Shown: one piece after another, positions 28,050 through 38,286 of the stretch
Numbering within the stretch: the stretch's first letter is position 1
How the letters are laid out: every line of letters starts with the position of its first letter
NCBI GenBank assembly: GCA_044506225.1
Contig: JBIQKU010000001.1
Location: 1-58,290, forward strand
Length of the DNA: 58,290 bases
DNA from: Rubrivivax sp.
GTDB lineage: Bacteria; Pseudomonadota; Gammaproteobacteria; Burkholderiales; Burkholderiaceae_C
Direction of reading: 5' to 3'
The notes under the pieces: generated by a model
Told to the model about the DNA's origin: nothing
Seen by the model: only the letters and a program-made list of their open reading frames with translations
Database searches by the model: none
Program-made: the position numbers and the translations under genes

Positions 28050-29004
28050 ACGCCGTCTGACCGTGCTCCCACGCTTCGTGGTCTGGACTTTGTCGTTGAA
28101 TCCTCCAGCCGATGAGTGTGTCTTTGATTTTGACGCTACCCATTCCTTCTTCGACGACACGCCGAACTCTGAATCGGATCTTCACGGAAGGTGGCTGCGA
28201 GAGCAGACTCAAAAGTTTTGCCGGCACCTCTCCATTGGGGCCACTCTTGTACATCATCAGCATCTTCGCTTCCTCGCCGCTATCTGCCTGATCCTTCGCA
28301 CAAAGCTCGACCTGAGAGGGTCGTCGATTCAGTGCATTGACATGTCCGACGAGTCTGCAGATCGTTGACTTCGTCGGCATGCGCTGAGGAATTGGGATGA
28401 TCGAATCGAATTTGTAGCGCTCGCCCCCCGCGGAAATGGAAATCTGCTTCAGCGTCCGCTTTCCACCGACGCGCTTCAGAAGCTCCTCAGCCATGACCTC
28501 GCGCGCAACCTCAGCCCGGTCATGCACTTCCTCCGCAGCGCGGTCCATCGGTGCGGTGCTGCCCGCATCGAGGCGCATGGGCGCGGTCGGAGTTGTCGCC
28601 ATGACCCCCGCAACACGGACAACCTCGGGCATCAATTTGACCAACTCGGCGGTGCAAAAGTCGCCAATGGCTTTTGAATCAAGGTCGAGCTCGGACGAAT
28701 CTCGGACTTTAACTGCCAACGAGACAGCGCCCAGTTTCGGGTTTTCCGGCAACTCACTGATAACCAGTTTCGTCTCGAACTGGTCGGGCCTCAGATAAAA
28801 TGCAGCGCAGAGCGCGGCGATCACTGCCTCGACCAACTGCTGCTCCGTTGCGAGCTTTATGTTGGATCTCCCAAGCTCTACCTGCCCTACGCCAAATTCA
28901 ACGCGAATGCGCTCCGTTTCAGTGAGAAAGATGATGTGCTCAGATGTCGCACTCTGACGCGCGCTGATAGTACTTGCCACGATGGTCTCTCCCCTGTCGA
29001 TCAT
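27943..29004 (-). CDS. Hypothetical protein (353 aa), low-GC module gene 2
   Basis: ORF 27943..29004. ATG overlaps the stop of the upstream gene (ATGA at 29001-29004). The 3' end overlaps the convergent recombinase ORF by 107 nt. Local GC is about 50 %. Confidence 0.6.
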   Translation of the reverse strand: MIDRGETIVASTISARQSATSEHIIFLTETERIRVEFGVGQVELGRSNIKLATEQQLVEAVIAALCAAFYLRPDQFETKLVISELPENPKLGAVSLAVKVRDSSELDLDSKAIGDFCTAELVKLMPEVVRVAGVMATTPTAPMRLDAGSTAPMDRAAEEVHDRAEVAREVMAEELLKRVGGKRTLKQISISAGGERYKFDSIIPIPQRMPTKSTICRLVGHVNALNRRPSQVELCAKDQADSGEEAKMLMMYKSGPNGEVPAKLLSLLSQPPSVKIRFRVRRVVEEGMGSVKIKDTLIGWRIQRQSPDHEAWEHGQTAFNHAPPRTSGAISSTARLQSVPTDSESVPAQFAAG

Positions 29005-29678
29005 CGATCGGTCCGACCGCGAGGATGCTTTGGAAAGTAGCTCCGCATTCTTCGCCCACGCAGGACCACAACCATATGCTCCAGATCAGGAGAGAAGTCG
29101 TCCATGTGCTCATCGATGAACTCCTCCCGGAACTCTTCGTATTGCGCCACGCTGAACTCCAACTGTTCGAGCGCCCCCAAGAGGTACGGCTGCGCGCGAT
29201 ACAAAACGGACAGCGCATCATCGAGCGCTCCCTCCGCGCTGTGGCAGTCGGCCAGAAGCTCCGCCACTTTGATCACGTCGGCTTCAGCGCACACGCCATG
29301 ATTGACCATCAAGCCGAATGCCTCGTTGAGCAGCGGAATGGCCGCCGCTCTTGAGTTGGGCGGCGACGTGTATCTTCCCTGGATTGCGAGGTTCAGGGCG
29401 AGCGCGCGGCGCGCTTCGGGATAATGCTCTCGAATGAATGGCTCTGCGTCCTGAAGCATCTTCAGTAGTCGCCGCTCGTGAAACTCTGCACCATGAGAGA
29501 CGACATACCAACTCTTTGCTAGCCAAACCTGTGGGTCGTCTTCATCGAGTTCGTACTCGAGCTTGCTTACGAGGCTCTTCAGGGCAAACGTTCTCATTCC
29601 ATGGTGGTGAACCGTGAGAAACGGCCCTTTGAACGGGTGATCGACAAGAGGCGGGAAGACAGTACTACTGGACATCAT
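29001..29678 (-). CDS. Hypothetical helical (TPR-like) protein, low-GC module gene 1
   Basis: ORF 29001..29822 trimmed to MMSSSTVF (ATG 29678). The longer form needs a GTG at 29822 with no Shine-Dalgarno. The start is uncertain. Confidence 0.5.
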   Translation of the reverse strand: MMSSSTVFPPLVDHPFKGPFLTVHHHGMRTFALKSLVSKLEYELDEDDPQVWLAKSWYVVSHGAEFHERRLLKMLQDAEPFIREHYPEARRALALNLAIQGRYTSPPNSRAAAIPLLNEAFGLMVNHGVCAEADVIKVAELLADCHSAEGALDDALSVLYRAQPYLLGALEQLEFSVAQYEEFREEFIDEHMDDFSPDLEHMVVVLRGRRMRSYFPKHPRGRTDR

Positions 29679-30199
29679 TTCAGCTTTCAACAAAGGACGG
29701 TTTCGATCAGGTCGAGCAGTGATGTGATCTGCCAGACGGCGGGAGGGAATGACGGCATCGTTGACCTCGCCGCAGCAGCGATTGCAATGTGGGCAAGCTG
29801 CCGCGAAGCGCGGCGCAAGCACTTTCGCGAAGCCGCGCTACTGGACGAAGCCACGATGACATCGACCGAGACGGTATCGACGCGTCCTGTCCTAAACCTG
29901 TCCGTGCTGCCTGCTCGATGACGGCTGACGTGCAGATCTGTGCAGGATTCGACGGAAATGCGCGTAACGCCACCACGGCTCCAACGTCGGATAGCAGCGT
30001 GGCACTCCTGCCTTCTCTTCGATGACCGGTCCTCTCGAGTGGAGCCGAGCAGCCACGTTGAGCGCGCGCCCAACTCCGCGTGCGTTACTCAGATGCGGTG
30101 ATTGCGGAGATCACAGCGGGAATGTCACGGCAAGTGACTCATGACGGCAGGAACGCTCGCGTCGCCCCCGCTTTGACACTGCAACGCAGATGCAACACA

Positions 30200-30499
30200 A
30201 TGATCGACATGAAGACCGCCATCCTTCCCCAAGTCCGAGTGGAGCCTCAGTTGCGCGCCGACCTCGAGTCCGTCCTGCGCGAGGGCGAATCACTGTCGGA
30301 GTTTCTCGAGTCCACCGTGCGCAAGGCTGTGGAGTACCGACGGATGCAGGCCGAGTTCCATGCCCGTGCTGAGGAGGCATGGGACGACTACAAGCGGACC
30401 GGCGTCTCCCACTCCGCGCAAGACGTGGTCGCGGAGCTTCGCGCCAAGACCGATGCGCGACGCAAGCAACTGCAGGGCAAGCGTCGGCCCACCGCATGA
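30200..30499 (+). CDS. Ribbon-helix-helix type II antitoxin (ParD-like)
   Basis: In-frame ATG 30200 (or 30209) in ORF 30080..30499. LPQVRVEPQLRADLESVLREGESLSEFLESTVRKAVEY fits a beta-alpha-alpha RHH. The stop overlaps the toxin ATG. Confidence 0.75.
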   Translation: MIDMKTAILPQVRVEPQLRADLESVLREGESLSEFLESTVRKAVEYRRMQAEFHARAEEAWDDYKRTGVSHSAQDVVAELRAKTDARRKQLQGKRRPTA

Positions 30500-30813
30500 G
30501 CTTCGAGGTCGCGTTCAGTCCCCAGGCAAGATTCGACCTCATTCGCCTGCACGACTACCTGCTGGATAGGGCCGAGTACGTTGAAGATCTCGAACTCGCC
30601 GACCGTGCGATCGAGGCTGTCGTGGCGGCAGTCCGGTCACTGGCGACGACGCCGTTCCTTTTTCGCAAGGCTGGCGGCTCACACGGACCCTTGCGCCGTG
30701 AGCTGGTCGTGCCGTTCGGGAGCACCGGGTACGTGGTGGCATACGAGATTGCCAAGCCCGGTCTGGTCATCATCCTCGCCGTACGTCACCAGCGCGAAGA
30801 AGACAACCACTGA
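30496..30813 (+). CDS. parE: ParE/RelE family type II toxin
   Basis: ATG 30496 in ORF 30379..30813 (105 aa). FSPQARFDLIRLHDYL ... VVILAVRHQRE is the typical ParE pattern. ATGA overlap with the antitoxin. Confidence 0.8.
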   Translation: MSFEVAFSPQARFDLIRLHDYLLDRAEYVEDLELADRAIEAVVAAVRSLATTPFLFRKAGGSHGPLRRELVVPFGSTGYVVAYEIAKPGLVIILAVRHQREEDNH

Positions 30814-30869
30814 AAGGCGAGGACGGCTCGAACGGCCCGTGTCGTCAACAGGACGATTCGCGCGCCGAA

Positions 30870-31376
30870 TCAGGACGTGAAGCCGAGCACTTCGTCCAAC
30901 TTGCGCAACTCGTCGTGCGTCAGCCCGACACGGTGATCGCATACCACAAGCTCGCGAGTAAACGGCCGATACAGCCATGGCTGGTCGTCCAAAGCGGCCC
31001 ACCGCCGCCACGGCGCTTCGCTCCGCCGAAGCCAGGCCTTCACTTCGGCGTGTCGCGCATGCCGAGTCGGCGGTGGCTCTCCGCCGAACTGCTCCCAGTT
31101 GTCGCGCATGAATCCCGGGGTGACGCCGATCACGCGCGGCTGAAGGTCGGACGCGAAGAACGAAGCAAGTTCGCCCACAGTGCGTTGCGTCCGCCAGGTC
31201 GATGAGATCACGACGTCGATGCCCGGCCGTCGGCGAAGCCAATCCTGCAGGATGTCCACACGACAGAAGAGCTGGTCGGCCGTGCACCCGCAGGGATGGA
31301 GCACTCCGTCGAAATCCAGAAACAACACAGCGTCCGTTTCGACGGCGGTATGTCTGTCGTGCTCCATTGCGCCCAT
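30870..31376 (-). CDS. Small stand-alone HAD-superfamily phosphatase-like protein (copy 1)
   Basis: ORF 30870..31376 (168 aa). Motif I LFLDFDGVLHP, motif II VISSTW, motif IV ALDD. Confidence 0.75.
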   Translation of the reverse strand: MGAMEHDRHTAVETDAVLFLDFDGVLHPCGCTADQLFCRVDILQDWLRRRPGIDVVISSTWRTQRTVGELASFFASDLQPRVIGVTPGFMRDNWEQFGGEPPPTRHARHAEVKAWLRRSEAPWRRWAALDDQPWLYRPFTRELVVCDHRVGLTHDELRKLDEVLGFTS

Positions 31377-31699
31377 CAGCGTGCTCCATCGGCGTGCAGC
31401 GTGACGGCAATGGTTCCATCCACCAGTCGGACCACCCGAGCGTTGAACTCCCTTTCATCGAAGCCGACCCGCAAGCCGTACGGCGCTCGCTCGGTCAGCC
31501 ATCGCATATCTTTCTGCAAATCGTCCTCGTGGGCCACGACGCCGAACCGTTCCGGAAGCGTCTCGACGACGAAGCGGCCCAGCAGCGCTGAGTCGAACAC
31601 GCTGACACTCAGATGCACCATCTGACGTTCGTGGTCGATCTCCAGTGTCATCGCCTGGTCCAGCAGGCATGACATCGAGTGCTTTACATAGACCTGCAT
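31376..31699 (-). CDS. Hypothetical protein (107 aa)
   Basis: ORF 31376..31732 trimmed to MQVYVKH (ATG 31699, GAGGAA 5 nt upstream). Its stop shares a base with the next ATG (TGATG). Confidence 0.55.
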   Translation of the reverse strand: MQVYVKHSMSCLLDQAMTLEIDHERQMVHLSVSVFDSALLGRFVVETLPERFGVVAHEDDLQKDMRWLTERAPYGLRVGFDEREFNARVVRLVDGTIAVTLHADGAR

Positions 31700-31835
31700 T
31701 GATTCCTCACTACTGCTTTGCGGCCGCTGCATGTCGCGCCGCGGCCTTGAGATCGCACGCCATCACGTCTTCACCGGCGCGCCCGCGGCCGGCCACGGCA
31801 CCTCGACCACCCATCCCGCGTTGAACCGGAGATTC

Positions 31836-32621
31836 TCAAAGGCTCCGTCGCACCCGATGGCCACGAGGATTGCTGATCACGCGGCGGTCTCCGCGTCGGT
31901 AGTCGAACGGCGCATGCGTATGTCCATGCACCCACAACGTCGCGCCGCCAAAGAACTCTCCCGGTAGTTCGCTGACAAATGCCGGCGTCAACGAGTCGCC
32001 GGCGTACCGCTGCGCCACGGAGCCGCCGGAGGGCGCGTGATGCGTGACGACCACTGTCGGCCCATCGAACGGCTCAGCCATCGTCCGCCGCAACCAGTCG
32101 CGGTCGATCCAGTTCATCGCCAATGTGTCCTCGGCGCGCAGCAGTCGGCGAAACTCTTTCTTTTGGGTCTGGCGCTTCGTCGGCGCCTGAAGCTCGATGA
32201 GCTGGAAGTCGTTCATGTACCGATTGGCGTCTGTGAGCGCTCGGCTCACGTCGGACTCCATCCAGCCATCGGGCCGCCGAATCGGCAACTGGAAATCGGT
32301 CCAGAGCGTGCAGCCCAGAAGCCGCGCGCCGCCGATGACGATGGCGCTTCGCTCGAGCACGTGGACTTTGCTGTCCACCGCGGCGTTCTTCATCTGCTGG
32401 AGTTCGCTGGCCATCTCGCAGCCATAGAACTCGTGGTTGCCGGCGACGAGCAGCACCGGCTTCCCGCCGAAGGTCGATGCGCACTTGGCCCAATGCACCG
32501 CCTTGCGCCCCGGCGAATGAATGTCGCCGGCCAGCACAACGGCGTCGTACTGAAGCCCCGGCGGCAGCGTCAGGGACGTGCCGAGTTCGAGATGCAGGTC
32601 GGAGAGAACGAGCACCTTCAT
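31836..32621 (-). CDS. Calcineurin-like metallophosphoesterase (copy A)
   Basis: ORF 31836..32621 (261 aa). LSDLHLE, LAGDIH, AGNHEF, VTHHAP, VHGHTH motifs. Confidence 0.85.
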   Translation of the reverse strand: MKVLVLSDLHLELGTSLTLPPGLQYDAVVLAGDIHSPGRKAVHWAKCASTFGGKPVLLVAGNHEFYGCEMASELQQMKNAAVDSKVHVLERSAIVIGGARLLGCTLWTDFQLPIRRPDGWMESDVSRALTDANRYMNDFQLIELQAPTKRQTQKKEFRRLLRAEDTLAMNWIDRDWLRRTMAEPFDGPTVVVTHHAPSGGSVAQRYAGDSLTPAFVSELPGEFFGGATLWVHGHTHAPFDYRRGDRRVISNPRGHRVRRSL

Positions 32622-33394
32622 TCGCGGCTCCGGCGCTGACGCCCATGCTTGCGCGCTTCGTCGAGCTCGCCCGGCACCACGATTTCAGCGTTGCCGTCAG
32701 CGTCAACGGCTGTCACGCCGCGCAGGCCCACGCCGTGCGACTTGAAGCCCTGTCGGCCCCAATGGTCGGAAGAATCGATGGCATCGTGATGATGGCCATG
32801 AACCACCACCCTCGCGCCCATGCTTTGCGTCAGGGTGTCGAGCAGGTCGAAGCCGTTGGGGTGATACCCGGGAGCCTCATGCGTGATGAGCACATCGGCC
32901 CGCATGTCGGCCAGTCGGTCGACCGTCTCGGGATAGATGGTTCCCCAATGCTTGCGCGGCGGCCCATTGCCGCGCCAACGATTCTGGCGTGGCGTAGCGG
33001 CGGCGTGCGCTCTCATTGTTCGGAAGGCAGGCGCACCCGCACGCGCGGCCGACGGGCTCGGGTACCAGACAGTCTCCCGGAAGACACCCCCGAGGCCAGC
33101 CAGGCGCTGACCATTGAGAAGCTCGGCGACGCGCCCATGGACGCTGCGCTCCGCAAGGTCGCTGGCCCAGAGATTCATCCACAGCTGGTCGCTGTCCGCG
33201 TCGTGATTGCCGTGAATGAAATAGATCGGTACCGCCTGTTCGATGAGCGGCGCGAGCTCGAGATGCAGCGCTCGCTGCGGTTCCATGTCGCCGAGCAGGA
33301 CCACGGCGCTCGCCTTGGTGCGTTCGGTGGCGTCGATGATGTGCCGGAACTGTGCGTGCGGGTCACCGCAGTAGAGGACCGGGCCGGAGTTCAT
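32618..33394 (-). CDS. Calcineurin-like metallophosphoesterase (copy B)
   Basis: ORF 32618..33595 trimmed to MNSGPVLYCGDPH (ATG 33394). GDPH, LLGDME, IHGNHD, ITHEAP, VHGHHH motifs. The stop overlaps the next ATG (ATGA). Confidence 0.8.
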   Translation of the reverse strand: MNSGPVLYCGDPHAQFRHIIDATERTKASAVVLLGDMEPQRALHLELAPLIEQAVPIYFIHGNHDADSDQLWMNLWASDLAERSVHGRVAELLNGQRLAGLGGVFRETVWYPSPSAARAGAPAFRTMRAHAAATPRQNRWRGNGPPRKHWGTIYPETVDRLADMRADVLITHEAPGYHPNGFDLLDTLTQSMGARVVVHGHHHDAIDSSDHWGRQGFKSHGVGLRGVTAVDADGNAEIVVPGELDEARKHGRQRRSRE

Positions 33395-33521
33395 CGTGCG
33401 CACCTGGGCCACCGGAGGTTCGGGATCCTGTCCGAGAGCTTGATGGCGTACGGCGCAATGAGCGCGACGGACGCCGTTTCCCCCGCGCTGCGCGGAGTGG
33501 CCGTCGCTCCTGTGCCCATCC

Positions 33522-34013
33522 TCATGAGGACTCCTTGAACCGCTCAAGGGCGACGGCCAAAGCAGCCCGCACTGGCGGATGCGCGATGCCCTCAACGGGA
33601 TGGGAAAGCACTACGTGGCCATGCGCGTGTGTCCACCCTTCGTCCACGTCGTCAACGGCCAGCCACTGCGAAGGCTGCCGGCGCTGGACGTCGCCGAGGA
33701 CCTGGGCGCCGCGCGGCAGTTGCTCGAACCAGGCACGGTTCATTTCGCTGTGGTAGGTGGCGCCAACGCAGCGGGCGGCCAAGGACGCGGGCAGAAACTG
33801 GACGGTTCGAGCGTAGCGGTAGTGGCGAACCCAACTTGTCGATAGCACGACACGGACCGATGGATACGGATCCAGCAGGTCGGCGAGGAGGTCGGCGTTC
33901 TCGAACAGCGCATGTCCGGAAGGCGAGCGGACATACGCGCTGCCACCGGGCCGGACCCACACGTCTTCGGGGTGCAGTACCCCGTCGAAGTCGAGATAGA
34001 GGATCTGATTCAT
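33522..34013 (-). CDS. Small stand-alone HAD-superfamily phosphatase-like protein (copy 2)
   Basis: ORF 33522..34013 (163 aa). LYLDFDGVLHP, VLSTSW, AVDDV. Paralogous to 30870..31376. Confidence 0.75.
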   Translation of the reverse strand: MNQILYLDFDGVLHPEDVWVRPGGSAYVRSPSGHALFENADLLADLLDPYPSVRVVLSTSWVRHYRYARTVQFLPASLAARCVGATYHSEMNRAWFEQLPRGAQVLGDVQRRQPSQWLAVDDVDEGWTHAHGHVVLSHPVEGIAHPPVRAALAVALERFKESS

Positions 34014-34189
34014 CGTTCCGTGGAAGAGTCGGTAATGATGAATCGGAGATATCGCGAGGTCGCCAGACCGTCAAGGCGAAAAGCGTGCCGGCAACTCGTG
34101 GAGTGGAACGGTAGATCGCCCAGCAGCCGGAACTACCTATGAGCATTGAAAACACGCCTTCGTCGAGCGACGGCTATCCCGCTAAGAGG

Positions 34190-36079
<1,890 letters not shown>

Positions 36080-36101
36080 GGCGGCCTCGTTCAGGTTGTC
36101 T

Positions 36102-37097
36102 TCACGCATTGACGTCGACGACGACGCGCCCTCGCACTTGGCCCGCCAACAGGCTGGGAGCCACGTCAATGGCTTCAGCCAGACCGATCGGTTCCTGCGT
36201 GATGAGGTCCAGCAGACTTGTGTCGATCTCCGCTGCCAGTGATGCCCAGGCCTCCAGCCGCTCGGGCAGCGGGCACATGACGCTGTCGATGCCTGCAAGC
36301 GTGACCCCACGCAGGATGAACGGCGCGACAGAGCCGGGAAAGTCCATCCCCGCGGCCAATCCGCATGCCGCCACGACTCCGCGATAGCGCATCGAAGCGC
36401 ACAGGTTCGCCAGCACGTGGCTGCCGGCACTGTCGATGGCGCCCGACCAGCGCTCCTTGGCGAGCGGTTTGCCCACTTCTGTGAACGGCTGTCGATCGAT
36501 GACCTCCGCCGCACCCAGCCGTTGCAGATACGCGGCCTCGGCCGGACGGCCCGTGAGGGCCACGACGCGATAGCCACGCCTCGCCAGCAGCATCGTCGCC
36601 ACGCTCCCGACACCGCCCGCCGCCCCGCTGACGGCTATCTCGCCATCGCCCGGCATCACGCCATGCCGCCTCAGCGCCATGACGCACAGCATGGCGGTGT
36701 AGCCCGCGGTGCCCAGTGCCATGGCGTGGCGGGGAGACAGCCCCGCAGGAAGCGGCACCAGCCAATCGCCGCGAACCCGTGCTCGTTGGGCCAGGCCGCC
36801 CCAATGGGTCTCGCCCACACCCCAGCCGTTGAGCACCACGAGCTGACCCGGCTTGAACCCGGGATGGCTGCTGCCTTCAACCTCGCCGACGAAATCGATG
36901 CCGGGGACCATCGGGTAACGGCGGACCACCGGCGACCGACCGGTGATTGCCAGACCGTCCTTGAAGTTCAAGGTGGAGTAGGCAACCCGAACGGTGACGT
37001 CACCTTCAGGCAGCACCATGTCGGCGAGATCGCGACATGAGACGTGGCGGCCGTCGACGGCTTGTTCGATGAGCAGCGCTTTGAACGTGGAGCTCAT
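36102..37097 (-). CDS. acuI: YhdH/AcuI-type acrylyl-CoA reductase (MDR-family quinone oxidoreductase)
   Basis: Last 331 codons of ORF 36102..37451 (MSSTFKALL...). [18 protein letters not shown] and the size are typical of YhdH/AcuI. Confidence 0.8.
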   Translation of the reverse strand: MSSTFKALLIEQAVDGRHVSCRDLADMVLPEGDVTVRVAYSTLNFKDGLAITGRSPVVRRYPMVPGIDFVGEVEGSSHPGFKPGQLVVLNGWGVGETHWGGLAQRARVRGDWLVPLPAGLSPRHAMALGTAGYTAMLCVMALRRHGVMPGDGEIAVSGAAGGVGSVATMLLARRGYRVVALTGRPAEAAYLQRLGAAEVIDRQPFTEVGKPLAKERWSGAIDSAGSHVLANLCASMRYRGVVAACGLAAGMDFPGSVAPFILRGVTLAGIDSVMCPLPERLEAWASLAAEIDTSLLDLITQEPIGLAEAIDVAPSLLAGQVRGRVVVDVNA

Positions 37098-37267
37098 CGG
37101 TTGACCGCCTGAAGACGAATGGACGCGGCGATCGCCGTGGTGATGATCATCGGCGCACCGACCCATACCGTGGGCTCCAAGAAGGTGCTGCGACGCGCAT
37201 GCATCCGCACAGCGGTGTGTTCGTATTCTTCGCCGAGCGTCTCGCCCGGACCGTGATTGCTGCTCAT
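37094..37267 (-). CDS. Candidate small (57 aa) protein with a C-terminal hydrophobic helix, translationally coupled to acuI
   Basis: Read by hand; it falls below the ORF-track cutoff. ATG 37267 lies 7 nt after [63 protein letters not shown]. Its TGA overlaps the acuI ATG (ATGA). Confidence 0.4.
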   Translation of the reverse strand: MSSNHGPGETLGEEYEHTAVRMHARRSTFLEPTVWVGAPMIITTAIAASIRLQAVNR

Positions 37268-37390
37268 GCTGATCTCCTGACTGCGCCGTGGCGCATCGAG
37301 GTCGAGACGGAATCGCCTGCCCTCGAGTCGTTGGATGGCACCGGGGGCTCGCTCGACCCACTCTCACCGAACTGGATCGGCACCCCAACA

Positions 37391-37406
37391 GATACCGCTC
37401 GGTATC
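37391..37406. promoter_or_regulatory. Inverted repeat GATACCG-ct-CGGTATC upstream of the small ORF-acuI-prpE genes (candidate TetR operator)
   Basis: 7-bp arms with a 2-nt spacer. A near-identical motif occurs at 38206-38221. Confidence 0.5.
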
Positions 37407-37512
37407 ATGATGAGTGCCGAGTCGCTTGTCAAGCGACTGCACGCGCAGCATGCCCCCGCACGCTACTCAGTTCGGGTAGCAGCGGAGCCCAAGAATCAGC
37501 AGAAGGGGAAGG

Positions 37513-38160
37513 TCAGGTCTGTCCGGCCGGTGCGCGAGCGCTGCGTCGGGCACGCAGCGGCTTCGCAGAACCCGGCGCCGCGGCGGACGCAGCGCCGAGG
37601 ATGGTCGATGCAATCGAACGCACCATGCGATCCGCCTCGGGAATGCTGCCGTTCTGCGCCGTGACCTGGGCACCTTCGAGGAGAAAGGTCAGCTGGGCCG
37701 AAGCAAGATGAGGCTGGGCAATGCCCGCCTGGTGACACAGGCGCTCGATGCGCAGCGCTTGACGATGTTTGTGAGCCTCGATGAGCTGGCGCGCTGGGTG
37801 ATTTCGGTCGGGAAGCTCCGCGAGCGAATTGACGAACGGACAACCCCGGTGCGACATCCCACGCAACGACTGCGCGATGAACTCGACCCAGCCGTTCAAT
37901 TGCGCACGTGCGTCATCCGGGAAGCGCGCTTCCAGTGCATCGAAGATGCCGCTGTACTCCGCGATCACGCCTTTCAGCCACTCGGCAACGAGCGCGTCCT
38001 TGGAGGCGAAATGACGGTAGATCGCCATCTTCGTCGTTTCCGCTTCGGCCGCGATGGTCTCAACACCAACTCCACGAATGCCTTCGTCATGAAACAGCCG
38101 GGCCGCGGTCCGCAGGATGCGATCGCGTGGGGGCATGCCTTCGGGATGTTTGCGCTTCAT
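37513..38160 (-). CDS. TetR/AcrR family transcriptional regulator
   Basis: ORF 37513..38160 (215 aa). HTH: RILRTAARLFHDEGIRGVGVETIAAEAETTKMAIYRHFASKDAL. Confidence 0.9.
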   Translation of the reverse strand: MKRKHPEGMPPRDRILRTAARLFHDEGIRGVGVETIAAEAETTKMAIYRHFASKDALVAEWLKGVIAEYSGIFDALEARFPDDARAQLNGWVEFIAQSLRGMSHRGCPFVNSLAELPDRNHPARQLIEAHKHRQALRIERLCHQAGIAQPHLASAQLTFLLEGAQVTAQNGSIPEADRMVRSIASTILGAASAAAPGSAKPLRARRSARAPAGQT

Positions 38161-38205
38161 GGAGACCTGCAGAAAAAGCTTGACAAAGGAAAGTCGACAC
38201 TACAC

Positions 38206-38221
38206 GATACCGTTCGGTACC
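38206..38221. promoter_or_regulatory. Inverted repeat GATACCG-tt-CGGTACC in the divergent tetR/amidase promoter region (candidate TetR operator)
   Basis: Lies between tetR start 38160 and amidase ATG 38287, about 20 nt downstream of a TTGACA hexamer at 38180-38185. Confidence 0.5.
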
Positions 38222-38286
38222 ATTCCCGGGCGATGACCGGCCCGCCAACCCCGGCCAACGGCCGGGCATTCGAAACCGGAGGCGAT

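Noticed and set aside
29679-29822. Longer form of the low-GC gene 1 with a Cys-rich N-terminus (CPHCNRCC)
   Set aside because: It needs a GTG start without a Shine-Dalgarno, and the Cys cluster is too short to call a zinc finger. It cannot be excluded, so the start of that CDS is flagged as uncertain.
37708-38286. N-terminal extension of the amidase ORF across the tetR gene
   Set aside because: It is antisense to the TetR coding sequence. The ATG at 38287 has a GGAGG site and matches the usual amidase N-terminus.
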